Positions 1 to 8,410 of a stretch of 64,000 nt of DNA are shown piece by piece (within the stretch, counting starts at the first letter, position 1; each line of letters starts with the position of its first letter). The notes beneath the pieces were generated by a model that searched no databases, was not told the origin of the DNA, and worked only from the letters and a program-made list of their open reading frames with translations. Where the stretch lies: sequence record OQ718158.1; one strand, given 5' to 3'. The translations under genes and the position numbers were made by a program.

Positions 1-2
1 CT

Positions 3-110
3 AAGAAAGAACAGTACGATAAAGCGGTTGCTTATATTATTGAAGCTTTCAGTAAAGATGATATTTTGGCATTCATCGCTTCAGTAGAGGTTTCGAGCAA
101 CCCTAAATAA
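3..110 (+). CDS. 3' end of a hypothetical protein cut by the window edge
   Basis: Open frame from nt 3 (KKEQYDKAVAYIIEAFSKDD...SSNPK) to TAA 108-110; not in the ORF track. Confidence 0.55.
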   Translation, partial: KKEQYDKAVAYIIEAFSKDDILAFIASVEVSSNPK

Positions 111-155
111 TAATGAAGAACACAAGTTCTTCGTAACAATTTGGGAGATACTATT

Positions 156-398
156 ATGCTCAGTTTTCGTGAACAATTAGCAAAAGGCCAATTCGCTGCT
201 AAAGCTCAAACATCCATTCCTAAAAAGTCTGCTTTCTTAGGGACGATTACAGAAGATGGTTATTGTGATTATAATGCACCAGAAGATTCATGGTACATTA
301 CGAAAGACACAAAACGTGGTAATAGACTTCACAAAAGTACCATTGCTCGCAAACAACGAAAAGAATTGAAAAAAATTCGATTCGGTGAAGAAGAATAA
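156..398 (+). CDS. small basic hypothetical protein
   Basis: ORF track 141..398; ATG at 156 follows GGAG; terminator downstream. Confidence 0.65.
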   Translation: MLSFREQLAKGQFAAKAQTSIPKKSAFLGTITEDGYCDYNAPEDSWYITKDTKRGNRLHKSTIARKQRKELKKIRFGEEE

Positions 399-408
399 AA
401 TATAAATT

Positions 409-438
409 AAGGACTCTGATTACAGAGTCCTTTCTTTT
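409..438 (+). terminator. rho-independent terminator
   Basis: AAGGACTCTG-ATTA-CAGAGTCCTT then TCTTTT. Confidence 0.8.
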
Positions 439-449
439 CGGAGAATATA

Positions 450-926
450 ATGATACATGAACACCTAGGTAATTTGTTTGAATTGTTCAACACTGTTACT
501 GATGATCAAACCGCGTTGCATATAATCGCTCATGGTTGTAATGCACAGGGTAAGATGGGTTCGGGTTTTGCAAAAGAACTAAGAAATCGTTACCCGATGG
601 CATATGATGATTATAAAGCATATGAAAAGGAAATGGGATTTCTAAGAACTGGACAAATTTCATATTCTTCTATAAGTGATGATTTGCTTATCGCAAACTG
701 CATTACCCAACAGTACTATGGTAATGACGGTTCTAAGTATGTAAGTTATGATGCAATCGATGATGTTTTCAAACAACTCAAATACTTATGTAACGTTGAA
801 CGCACTGTTCATGTACACTTCCCGAAAATTGGAGCCGATTTAGGCGGTGGTAACTGGAACGTTATCAAAGAAATCATTGACCACAGACTGGTTAATGCAG
901 AAAAACACTTATACATTCTAAAATAA
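450..926 (+). CDS. macrodomain ADP-ribose hydrolase (Poa1p/SCO6735/T4 Tk.4-like)
   Basis: Motifs IIAHGCNAQGKMGSGFA, IANCITQ, VSYDAI, HFPKIGADLGGGNW; GGAG SD. Confidence 0.9.
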   Translation: MIHEHLGNLFELFNTVTDDQTALHIIAHGCNAQGKMGSGFAKELRNRYPMAYDDYKAYEKEMGFLRTGQISYSSISDDLLIANCITQQYYGNDGSKYVSYDAIDDVFKQLKYLCNVERTVHVHFPKIGADLGGGNWNVIKEIIDHRLVNAEKHLYILK

Positions 927-945
927 ACAAAAGGACTTGACAAAA

Positions 946-1254
946 ATGACTATGACCGTTAAACTACTAAACATCAACAGCGTTGGCCCAGTACTAGCAA
1001 TTCTACAAAATGATGCACCAGAAGCAGTAGTAGTTAACTACCCAGCACAGCTAGGTACTGACGAACAAGGTGAAATCATTCTACGTGATTACCTAGAATT
1101 CATTAGTTCTGAAAAAGGCGTTATTTTTTATAAATCCAACATCATTAGCATCAGCGATGCAAACCCTGCACTAGTTGAAGCTTATGTTGAAGCAATCAAG
1201 GCTATCGAAGAAAAACCAGCACTGATTGTTCCTGATAACAAAATCATTCTATAA
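946..1254 (+). CDS. hypothetical protein, possibly the small Sm-like family of T4-superfamily phages
   Basis: beta-rich 100 aa ending LIVPDNKIIL, like the IIVPxxxLII tail of that family (recalled); ATG 946 after AAGGA. Confidence 0.5.
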   Translation: MTMTVKLLNINSVGPVLAILQNDAPEAVVVNYPAQLGTDEQGEIILRDYLEFISSEKGVIFYKSNIISISDANPALVEAYVEAIKAIEEKPALIVPDNKIIL

Positions 1255-1266
1255 TAGAGGTATCTA

Positions 1267-1644
1267 ATGGCTGCTCAAAACGTTAAAGTTAAAACTATCC
1301 AAGCTATCGTAGTACTGAAAGATTCCACTCCATCACCAAAAGAACTGGTTATGGCTGGTATGACAATGCTACATCAGTACAATCCAGAATCACCTAACTA
1401 TGTACTGGAATACGAAGCGAAGCAGTTTAAAGAACATTGGCAGTCATGGATTAAAGATAATGAAATGGAACAGGTTGTTTATGCTGCTGATGACATTTTC
1501 GAATTAGAACAAATCGAATATCTAGCAGGACAACAATCTGTACCATTGAGTATCTTCGGTAATGGAGAAGAAGTTTTAGTACTGGGACCATTTACCGCTG
1601 ATGCCATCATGCATTTACTAAGTAATTGTAAAAAAGTTGGCTAA
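1267..1644 (+). CDS. Pth2 (peptidyl-tRNA hydrolase 2)-fold protein with degenerate active site
   Basis: QAIVVLKD...WQSWIK..EQVVY..ELEQI...VPLSIF...VLVLGP..DAIMHLLSNCKKV follows the Pth2 pattern; DAGxT loop absent. Confidence 0.6.
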   Translation: MAAQNVKVKTIQAIVVLKDSTPSPKELVMAGMTMLHQYNPESPNYVLEYEAKQFKEHWQSWIKDNEMEQVVYAADDIFELEQIEYLAGQQSVPLSIFGNGEEVLVLGPFTADAIMHLLSNCKKVG

Positions 1645-1855
1645 AAAACAAATATTATCAGGTTACCGTAATAACACGTTGCACTACAATGACTTAAAGT
1701 ACTGGGTTGACCCACACAACAATAAGTCATTGTTGCTGTACAGAGATAAATTTCGAGATTTGTACGGTATATATGACACCCAGTTAATATACTTAGTTGA
1801 TACCGAACATTTTGCTCCTATGGTATACTTGTATTGCTTGTATAATTCCAAATAA
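1637..1855 (+). CDS. hypothetical protein
   Basis: 72 aa ORF overlapping the previous stop, TTG start. Confidence 0.5.
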   Translation: MAKKQILSGYRNNTLHYNDLKYWVDPHNNKSLLLYRDKFRDLYGIYDTQLIYLVDTEHFAPMVYLYCLYNSK

Positions 1856-1868
1856 CTATTAGCACCTC

Positions 1869-1874
1869 TAAATA
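1869..1874 (+). promoter_or_regulatory. late promoter-like TAAATA
   Basis: TAAATA 32 nt before the gp13 ATG; motif recurs before most structural genes. Confidence 0.6.
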
Positions 1875-1905
1875 ATGTATATAAACATTAATGAGGTGCT
1901 TTTTT

Positions 1906-2697
1906 ATGTCTTACGATTATATGGGTGGAAACCCAGATGCTCCAAACTTTGATCATCGTGAAAAACTGAAAGATGTTATCACTCAAATGTTAGGTGCTGG
2001 TGCAGTTGAAGTTGAAATTACTGATGGTCAATTGGAAATTGCAATTGATAATGCGGTATCAAACTACCGAGCATGGAGTTCTGCTTCAAAAGAAGAAGCA
2101 TTCTTGAACATGAAATTCTATGATTCACAATCTGTATACATGCTTCCTACTGAAGTTGAAATTGTCAAACAGATTTATCGTTATGGTAACGGTTATCTAA
2201 GTTCTGGTAGTGGTAACTCAGTAGACCCTTTTTCACTCGCATTTACCAACACTTACCTTTTAACGTCTGCACGTAACGCTGGTGGTTATGACTTAACTAC
2301 TTATGATTTTAGTTTTCAGTTCCAAGAATTAGTTGGGCGTATGTTTGGTAGAGAAATCATCTTCCAGTTCAACCCAATGACCAAAAAACTAATAATTGAC
2401 CGTGATATTCGTGGTACTGAAGAAGTGCTATTACATGTATATCATAATATACCTGAACCATTGCTATTCCAACGTCAACAAAGCTATCCTTGGCTACGTG
2501 ACTGGGCATTGTCTGAAGCTATGATTATGTTGGGTCGCAACCGTGCTAAATTTGCTACATTGCCTGGACCACAGGGTACATTCTCTATGGATGGTGATAC
2601 ATTACGTAATGAAGGTGCACAACTTCAAGAACAGCTTAAAGAACAGTTGAAGAGATACAAAGATGGTGGTGATCCACTTGGAATGATTATCGGATAA
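1906..2697 (+). CDS. gp13: neck protein / head-tail adaptor, T4 gp13-like
   Basis: LGAGAVEVEITDGQLEIAIDNAV and WLRDWALSEAMIMLGRNRAKF..LPGPQG...DG match the gp13 N- and C-terminal patterns; ATG 1906 after GAGG. Confidence 0.85.
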   Translation: MSYDYMGGNPDAPNFDHREKLKDVITQMLGAGAVEVEITDGQLEIAIDNAVSNYRAWSSASKEEAFLNMKFYDSQSVYMLPTEVEIVKQIYRYGNGYLSSGSGNSVDPFSLAFTNTYLLTSARNAGGYDLTTYDFSFQFQELVGRMFGREIIFQFNPMTKKLIIDRDIRGTEEVLLHVYHNIPEPLLFQRQQSYPWLRDWALSEAMIMLGRNRAKFATLPGPQGTFSMDGDTLRNEGAQLQEQLKEQLKRYKDGGDPLGMIIG

Positions 2698-2700
2698 AAC

Positions 2701-2733
2701 AAAAAAAAAGACTCCTATATGGGGTCTTTTTTT
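2701..2733 (+). terminator. rho-independent terminator
   Basis: AAAAAAAGACTCC-TATAT-GGGGTCTTTTTTT. Confidence 0.85.
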
Positions 2734-2740
2734 ATATGTT

Positions 2741-2750
2741 GTGATATAAT
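2741..2750 (+). promoter_or_regulatory. extended -10 sigma70-type promoter
   Basis: GTGATATAAT (TGn-TATAAT) upstream of the 2778 ORF; no clear -35. Confidence 0.5.
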
Positions 2751-2777
2751 GATAATATTAATCTAAAGGAACCTGAC

Positions 2778-3056
2778 ATGAATAACAACATAGATGCAGT
2801 GTATGCAATGTATAACAAATATACTTGTGGAGCACCTACATTGGATTATGAATCAACCGAAAAGAACTGGAAATTTATAAAAGAATCAATCGTAGATGTT
2901 TTCGGTAGAGATCGAATAAACGCGTGGGCGAGTATATGTCGTGATGATAATGGAGAAACATTCTACATCACTTATGTTACTATATATTATGGGAGTGAGT
3001 TTATAGTTGGATTACTTGAATGTTTAGTAGGAAAGGATTTAGTAGTACTTATATAA
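2778..3056 (+). CDS. hypothetical protein
   Basis: 92 aa ORF with AAGGA SD. Confidence 0.7.
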   Translation: MNNNIDAVYAMYNKYTCGAPTLDYESTEKNWKFIKESIVDVFGRDRINAWASICRDDNGETFYITYVTIYYGSEFIVGLLECLVGKDLVVLI

Positions 3057-3074
3057 TATACATGGAGAAGTATT

Positions 3075-3701
3075 ATGGAAAGACAAATAATTGCAATTAA
3101 CGGTACTATCGGTAGTGGCAAAGATACTTTTGGTGAAACTTTTATCAATAATGGTTACACAAGAATGTCATTTGCAACTAATCTTAAAGATTCAGTTGCT
3201 GCTATCTTTGGATGGGATCGTGAAATGCTTGAGGGTTCGACTAAGGAAAGTCGTAAACTCCGTGAAGAGCCAGACCAGTACTGGTGTGAGAAGTTGGGGC
3301 GTGATGATGTTTCCCCTCGATGGGTATTACAGAATTACGGTACTAATATTTTGCGTAAGTACTTTCATAATGATATTTGGGTCCATAGTTTAGAGAAGTC
3401 AATGCAATCTGTTGAAGGGAATATTATCATTACTGACTGTCGATTCCCAAATGAACTAAAAATGATTCGTTCATTAAATGGTATTGTGATTGAAGTTCAG
3501 CGTACCCTCCCACACTGGTATGGTTTAGCAGCATCTTTTAATAAAGGTGATATTAGCATGAAACCAATTGAGTTAGAATCAGTTCATGAATCTGAATGGG
3601 CGTGGATTGGTATCAATAATCCTGATATCATTGTACAAAATAATAGCACAATTGAAGCGTTGCACCAACAAGCATTGAGCGTTATTTATGCCAATAAGTG
3701 A
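3075..3701 (+). CDS. gp1: deoxynucleoside monophosphate kinase (T4 gp1-like)
   Basis: P-loop GTIGSGKDT; SFATNLKD, RWVLQNYGT, ITDCRFPNE motifs. Confidence 0.92.
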   Translation: MERQIIAINGTIGSGKDTFGETFINNGYTRMSFATNLKDSVAAIFGWDREMLEGSTKESRKLREEPDQYWCEKLGRDDVSPRWVLQNYGTNILRKYFHNDIWVHSLEKSMQSVEGNIIITDCRFPNELKMIRSLNGIVIEVQRTLPHWYGLAASFNKGDISMKPIELESVHESEWAWIGINNPDIIVQNNSTIEALHQQALSVIYANK

Positions 3702-3739
3702 AATTAAAACAATTAGGACTTGACATTCAAATCCTTCAA

Positions 3740-3745
3740 TAAATA
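3740..3745 (+). promoter_or_regulatory. late promoter-like TAAATA
   Basis: AATAAATA upstream of the tail sheath gene. Confidence 0.65.
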
Positions 3746-3795
3746 AGACTATACGAATATAATTCGAATAACCAATTATTTTTGGAGGATTTAAT

Positions 3796-6459
3796 ATGGC
3801 AGGAGATCTACTCTCACCTGGCGTTTCCATTTCAGTAACTGATGAAAGTATGAGTACTGCTGCTGCTCCTGGCACAGTACCACTATTTGTAATCGCTACT
3901 GCTGAAGACAAACTTGTTCCTGGTAGCAGTGCAATCGCTGCGGGAACCACTAAAGCAAACGCTGGTAAACTACAGCTACTAACATCACAGAAAAGCTCAC
4001 TAGATACATTTGGCTCACCAATTTTCCAAATGAACAATGGTTCAGTTGTTCAAGGTGACGAACTAAACGAATATGGTCTACATGCTGTATATTCTTATCT
4101 AGGTATCACCAACCGTGCATATGTTATTCGTGCTGATATCGATTTGGCTCAACTATCACCAAGTGCAACTGCACCAACTGGCCCAGTACCAAATGGTACT
4201 CTATGGTTTGATGCTGCTCAATCACAAATTGAAGCTTATGTTGCTAAGAAAGACAGCCCAAGCAGCTTCTATGACTGGCAATTGAAGCCTGTTACCATCG
4301 TAAGTTCTGAAGAAGTTGACGATGTTAGCCTAGTTGGTCTAAACGTTGATGATCTAGTTCTACGTTATAAGCCAAGTAATGGTCAAATGCTTATGTACAA
4401 ACGTGCAGCATCTGGTCTAGTACAGGTTGAAACTTATCTATCACCAATCAACAAAGTTCCAGTTGGTTCAACTGTTGAACAAGGTAACGTATGGATTCGT
4501 GATGGTTATACTCAAAATGGTTCAAACTATTTTGGCACTCGCTTTGTTCTAAAACGTTATGCATCTCTAACTCAAGTTTGGAATATCGTTCCAGCATATA
4601 CTGGTAATTCTTTCCAAGAAGTTGAAGCTAAGAGTGGTGTACTAAACAACAGTTATATTGCTTGCCGTTTTGATGACGATAGTAAGAGTTTCTCTTTCTA
4701 TATTCAAAGTGCAAAACTATCAGCAATTAGTGCTCCAGCAGTACCACTAGGTGAAACTGTTATTGAGCAAGCTGGTGAAGATAGTTATTTGACTTTCGCT
4801 TACCTAAACAAATCTGTTAAAGTACTTGCAGTACCACAAGGTGGCGTAATTAATACTCAAACTATCATCGATAATCTAAATGTTAGTGCTGATCTTATCA
4901 ATGATGGATTCAAATTCAAACGTGAATCTAATGGCGGTTTGGTAGTTACAAACACCAAAGGTTATAGCTTTAAAGTTACCCAAAGCGGTGATGATATTTT
5001 TGCAGCGAATGAACTAGCTAAACTAACTGTAGATAGTAACAACTATTCTCTAGTTAACGTTAATAACTTACGTGTTAGCTCTTCTGTTCCACGTAGTATT
5101 GCTAAAGACGGTACTATTTGGTATGATTTCGGTAATTCCGATAACCTAACTGTTACCATGTACATTGCAGATGTTGCAAATGACGAATGGGATCTAGTAC
5201 AAGAAGATAACAAATATGTTCAAGTTGATGAACCTGCGGCAGACCGTCTAATTTGGGTACGCCCTCTATCTCAAGGCATTGATGGTTATGATTTCTATCG
5301 TAACGTTGATGGTGAGTGGGTTAAACTAGACAATACTGACCAAAGTACTCTAAACGGTATGATTTTCGCTGACTTTAACTTCCCTGAACAAGTTGCTTCT
5401 GCTGCTCTTTATCAGAATGGTATGCTTGCAATTGACCTCGGTAATACCGAAGGTGTTGTTAAGAAAATGGTTAATGGTCAATGGCAAGTTGTTAGTGGTG
5501 TTAGTCTTGATGGTGCAGGTCTATTCGGTCGTGCAGCACAACGCAAACTAATCGTTGAAGCACTAGCTGCTGTAATCATCGGTAATGATGATATCCGTTC
5601 TGAATTCATCAACTTTAACCTAATCTGTGTTCCTGGTTATGTAGAAACTCTAGATGAATGTATTACCCTAAACACTGATCGTAAAGAAACAGCGTTTATC
5701 GTAACTGATGTACCTGCTCGTTTGAACCCAACCGGAAACGGTAGTGCAGTTCAAGAATGGGCTACCAACGCAAACAACGCACCAAGTAATGGTTCAGTAG
5801 GCCGTACTTCTGCATATGATTATGCTGCTCAGTACATGGGCTGGTGTTTAAGTACTAACGTTGATGGTGAAGAAGTTGCAGTTCCAGGCAGTACTGTTGC
5901 AATGCGTACCTATGCGTACAGTGATAGTGTTAGTTATGTGTGGTATCCACCTGCTGGTACTACTCGTGGTGTTGTAACCAACGCTGCAAGTACTGGTTTC
6001 ATTAATAGTGAAGGTGAATATCAACCAGTAGTATACAACCAAGGTCAACGTGACGTGATGTATACCAACAACATTAACCCAATTGCAATGCGTCCTAACC
6101 GTGGCTTGCTAGTATATGGTGATAAAACACTATCTGCTAACCAAACCTCTGCACTAAGCCGTGTTAACGTTGCTCGTTTGGTTGTTTACATTCGTCGTCA
6201 ACTAGAAATCATCTCTGAACCATTCCTATTCCGTTTGAATACTCCAAGTACTCGTCAGGAATTCAGTGGTGTAGTGAATAGCTTCCTAGCTGAAATCGTT
6301 CAACAACAAGGTCTATATAACTTCGCAGTAGTTTGTGACGAAAGTAACAACACTTCTGAACGTATTGACCGTAACGAACTTTGGATGGATATTGCAATCC
6401 AACCTACCAAGTCTATCAACTTCATTTACGTACCTATTCGTATTGAAAAGACTCAATAA
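3796..6459 (+). CDS. gp18: tail sheath protein (gp18-like, 887 aa with large central insertion)
   Basis: N-term LLSPGVSISVTDES; C-term RVNVARLVVYI...FAVVCDESNNTSERIDRNELWMDIAIQPTKSINFI; GGAGG SD. Confidence 0.95.
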   Translation: MAGDLLSPGVSISVTDESMSTAAAPGTVPLFVIATAEDKLVPGSSAIAAGTTKANAGKLQLLTSQKSSLDTFGSPIFQMNNGSVVQGDELNEYGLHAVYSYLGITNRAYVIRADIDLAQLSPSATAPTGPVPNGTLWFDAAQSQIEAYVAKKDSPSSFYDWQLKPVTIVSSEEVDDVSLVGLNVDDLVLRYKPSNGQMLMYKRAASGLVQVETYLSPINKVPVGSTVEQGNVWIRDGYTQNGSNYFGTRFVLKRYASLTQVWNIVPAYTGNSFQEVEAKSGVLNNSYIACRFDDDSKSFSFYIQSAKLSAISAPAVPLGETVIEQAGEDSYLTFAYLNKSVKVLAVPQGGVINTQTIIDNLNVSADLINDGFKFKRESNGGLVVTNTKGYSFKVTQSGDDIFAANELAKLTVDSNNYSLVNVNNLRVSSSVPRSIAKDGTIWYDFGNSDNLTVTMYIADVANDEWDLVQEDNKYVQVDEPAADRLIWVRPLSQGIDGYDFYRNVDGEWVKLDNTDQSTLNGMIFADFNFPEQVASAALYQNGMLAIDLGNTEGVVKKMVNGQWQVVSGVSLDGAGLFGRAAQRKLIVEALAAVIIGNDDIRSEFINFNLICVPGYVETLDECITLNTDRKETAFIVTDVPARLNPTGNGSAVQEWATNANNAPSNGSVGRTSAYDYAAQYMGWCLSTNVDGEEVAVPGSTVAMRTYAYSDSVSYVWYPPAGTTRGVVTNAASTGFINSEGEYQPVVYNQGQRDVMYTNNINPIAMRPNRGLLVYGDKTLSANQTSALSRVNVARLVVYIRRQLEIISEPFLFRLNTPSTRQEFSGVVNSFLAEIVQQQGLYNFAVVCDESNNTSERIDRNELWMDIAIQPTKSINFIYVPIRIEKTQ

Positions 6460-6465
6460 AACACT

Positions 6466-6490
6466 AAGGGAACCTTTTGGTTCCCTTTTT
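6466..6490 (+). terminator. rho-independent terminator
   Basis: AAGGGAACC-TTTT-GGTTCCCTTTTT after the sheath stop. Confidence 0.85.
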
Positions 6491-6503
6491 TATTGTTTAA
6501 AAT

Positions 6504-6509
6504 TAAATA
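6504..6509 (+). promoter_or_regulatory. late promoter-like TAAATA
   Basis: TAAATA upstream of the ATG at 6543. Confidence 0.5.
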
Positions 6510-6542
6510 CGTTATGTTATTAATTCAACGATCAGGAATAAT

Positions 6543-6789
6543 ATGGAAGAAATACTTAAAAAAACATTACAAGATGTAAGTAAAACTGTAGCAACACAGG
6601 ACGATGCCGTAAAAATCCTTAAAGCTTTTATACAAAATTTGGAACATTGTCGGTATAATTCGAGAATACAATGTTTACACAAATGGTAAATGGTCGGTTG
6701 GTGTAAACTATACAGATCATAAACAAGAAAAAAAGTACTTGTATTGTGTGAATATAGATTGGTTTCCTGTTGATGAGATACTTCAATAA
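6543..6789 (+). pseudogene. small gene apparently split by a +1 frameshift (about 81 aa if joined)
   Basis: AGGA SD + ATG 6543 gives MEEILKK...DAVK and stops at 6687; the +1 frame is open 6613-6789 with no start codon near its 5' end and reads like protein (LYKIWNIVGIIREYNVYTNGKWSVGV...FPVDEILQ). Confidence 0.45.
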
Positions 6790-6805
6790 AAGTGTAAGTA
6801 ATAGA

Positions 6806-6811
6806 TAAATA
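6806..6811 (+). promoter_or_regulatory. late promoter-like TAAATA
   Basis: GATAAATA upstream of tail tube 1. Confidence 0.6.
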
Positions 6812-6846
6812 ATATAAAGATGTCATTCCATAACAGGAGAATATAA

Positions 6847-7533
6847 ATGGCTACAATGCTTGATCGATATGGCGTTCCGCTCGCTGGCGGTGGTCGTATC
6901 TCTATGAAACAACCTAAAGCAAAATATAAATTCCGTGTTGTTTTCTTTGGCTTCGGTGCTAACGACGATGGCAATATGATTACTCTAGATACCAACACCG
7001 TTGGTGCTGTATCTGTATCACATGAAAACGTCACTGTGCATAGTTATAACAGTTCTGCTCACTATAAAGGTAAGTATACTTGGGATACTATTGATGTGGC
7101 TTTCCGTGATTCAGTTGGTAATGCTTCTGCTAAAGCTCTTTATAACCAAATGCGTAAAGAATTTAACTATTACAGTCAAGAATCTCGTATGACTGATTCC
7201 CAGTTCAAATTTGAAATGTGGATTCAAGAACTAGATGGTTCTAATAGTGAAAACACTTCTAACCTTTTTGAAGGTACTTTGAGTACTTGGGTATGTCAAG
7301 GCTGCTTTATTGAATCTAGTAACTTTGGTGACTGGGATTATTCCTCAAGTGAAGCACAAGTTATTTCTATGACAATTCAACCAGACGGCTGTGCAAAACT
7401 CGGTCCTAATGGTGAAGCGTTCGGTGATGAAATTACTGGTTTCGGTAACCCATCCACTGCTACCTCTATTAGTGGTGCACAAACCAACATTAGTAGTACT
7501 ACTCTACCAGATAGTAACTTCTACGAAAATTAA
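6847..7533 (+). CDS. gp19: tail tube protein (gp19-like), paralog 1
   Basis: Directly after the sheath region; QPKAKYKFRV, YKGKYTWDTIDVAFRD, DWDYSSSEAQVISMTIQPD tube-fold motifs; AGGAG SD. Confidence 0.8.
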   Translation: MATMLDRYGVPLAGGGRISMKQPKAKYKFRVVFFGFGANDDGNMITLDTNTVGAVSVSHENVTVHSYNSSAHYKGKYTWDTIDVAFRDSVGNASAKALYNQMRKEFNYYSQESRMTDSQFKFEMWIQELDGSNSENTSNLFEGTLSTWVCQGCFIESSNFGDWDYSSSEAQVISMTIQPDGCAKLGPNGEAFGDEITGFGNPSTATSISGAQTNISSTTLPDSNFYEN

Positions 7534-7549
7534 TTTTTCTTTTAAACGT

Positions 7550-7578
7550 AAGCCTCGAACTAGTTCGGGGCTTTTTTT
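7550..7578 (+). terminator. rho-independent terminator
   Basis: AAGCCTCGAAC-TA-GTTCGGGGCTTTTTTT. Confidence 0.85.
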
Positions 7579-7582
7579 ATGC

Positions 7583-7588
7583 TAAATA
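7583..7588 (+). promoter_or_regulatory. late promoter-like TAAATA
   Basis: CTAAATAA directly after the terminator, upstream of tube 2. Confidence 0.6.
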
Positions 7589-7622
7589 AAGTATAATACC
7601 TTATAAAATAAAAGAGGTTGCT

Positions 7623-8399
7623 ATGGCAAATAACATGATTAATAAATATGGCGTTCCTCTACCATCAGGACGTAACCGTTCAATGTTACAACCGAAAGCA
7701 AAATACAAATTTCGTGTTATTGTATATAATTTCGGTACTGATATAGATGAGCGTGATCACATTGCATTAGATGTTGATAAAGTTGATAGACCTACTGTTA
7801 CTTTCAGTACTCATAAACTATATCAATTTACAACAAATACATCTTACATTGGTAGTCACGATTGGGACCCAATTACTTTAACTATCCGTGATTCAGTTGG
7901 TAATGCATCAGCAAAAGCCTTGTCACGACAATTACAGAAACAATTAGATTTTCAACGAAGAATTACTTCCAGAACTGACCATGATTATGGTTCATATAAG
8001 TTCGGAGTTGTCATTCAGATGTTGAATGGTCGCAACTCTGATGATACACTAGAAGACTTGGGAAGAAACACATTAGTTAATGCAACAACTGCCGCTACCA
8101 ACAATACTGGATTAGTCAACGCTGTTGATCAGTTCATTGGTGGTTCATCATACAATAGTGCTGGCGTTATGGAGTACTTTGTACTAACAGGATGTGTTAT
8201 ACAAAATATATCATATGATTCACTTGACTATAGTTCAAGTTCTCCTGTTGAAATGGTTATTACAATAAAACCTGATAATTGTATCCAATTCGATAATATC
8301 GAAGAAATGTACAGTACTAGAATAAATTCACTTTTACCTGAAAACGTAAACCAAGGATTAGATATCATTGACCGTGTTTTCGGTAGCATTGGATTATAA
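7623..8399 (+). CDS. tail tube-like protein, paralog 2
   Basis: Shares YGVPL..G...QPKAKYKFRV, RDSVGNASAKAL and DYSSS..V....I.PD with 6847..7533. Confidence 0.8.
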   Translation: MANNMINKYGVPLPSGRNRSMLQPKAKYKFRVIVYNFGTDIDERDHIALDVDKVDRPTVTFSTHKLYQFTTNTSYIGSHDWDPITLTIRDSVGNASAKALSRQLQKQLDFQRRITSRTDHDYGSYKFGVVIQMLNGRNSDDTLEDLGRNTLVNATTAATNNTGLVNAVDQFIGGSSYNSAGVMEYFVLTGCVIQNISYDSLDYSSSSPVEMVITIKPDNCIQFDNIEEMYSTRINSLLPENVNQGLDIIDRVFGSIGL

Positions 8400-8410
8400 G
8401 GAGATAACCC

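Noticed and set aside
937-965. TTGACA-17-TAAACT overlapping the start of the 946 gene
   Set aside because: It lies across a start codon and would fire mid-gene; no supporting context.
6512-6826. 104-aa minus-strand ORF between sheath and tube
   Set aside because: Atypical composition and no SD; the + strand has the SD, late motif and protein-like frames.
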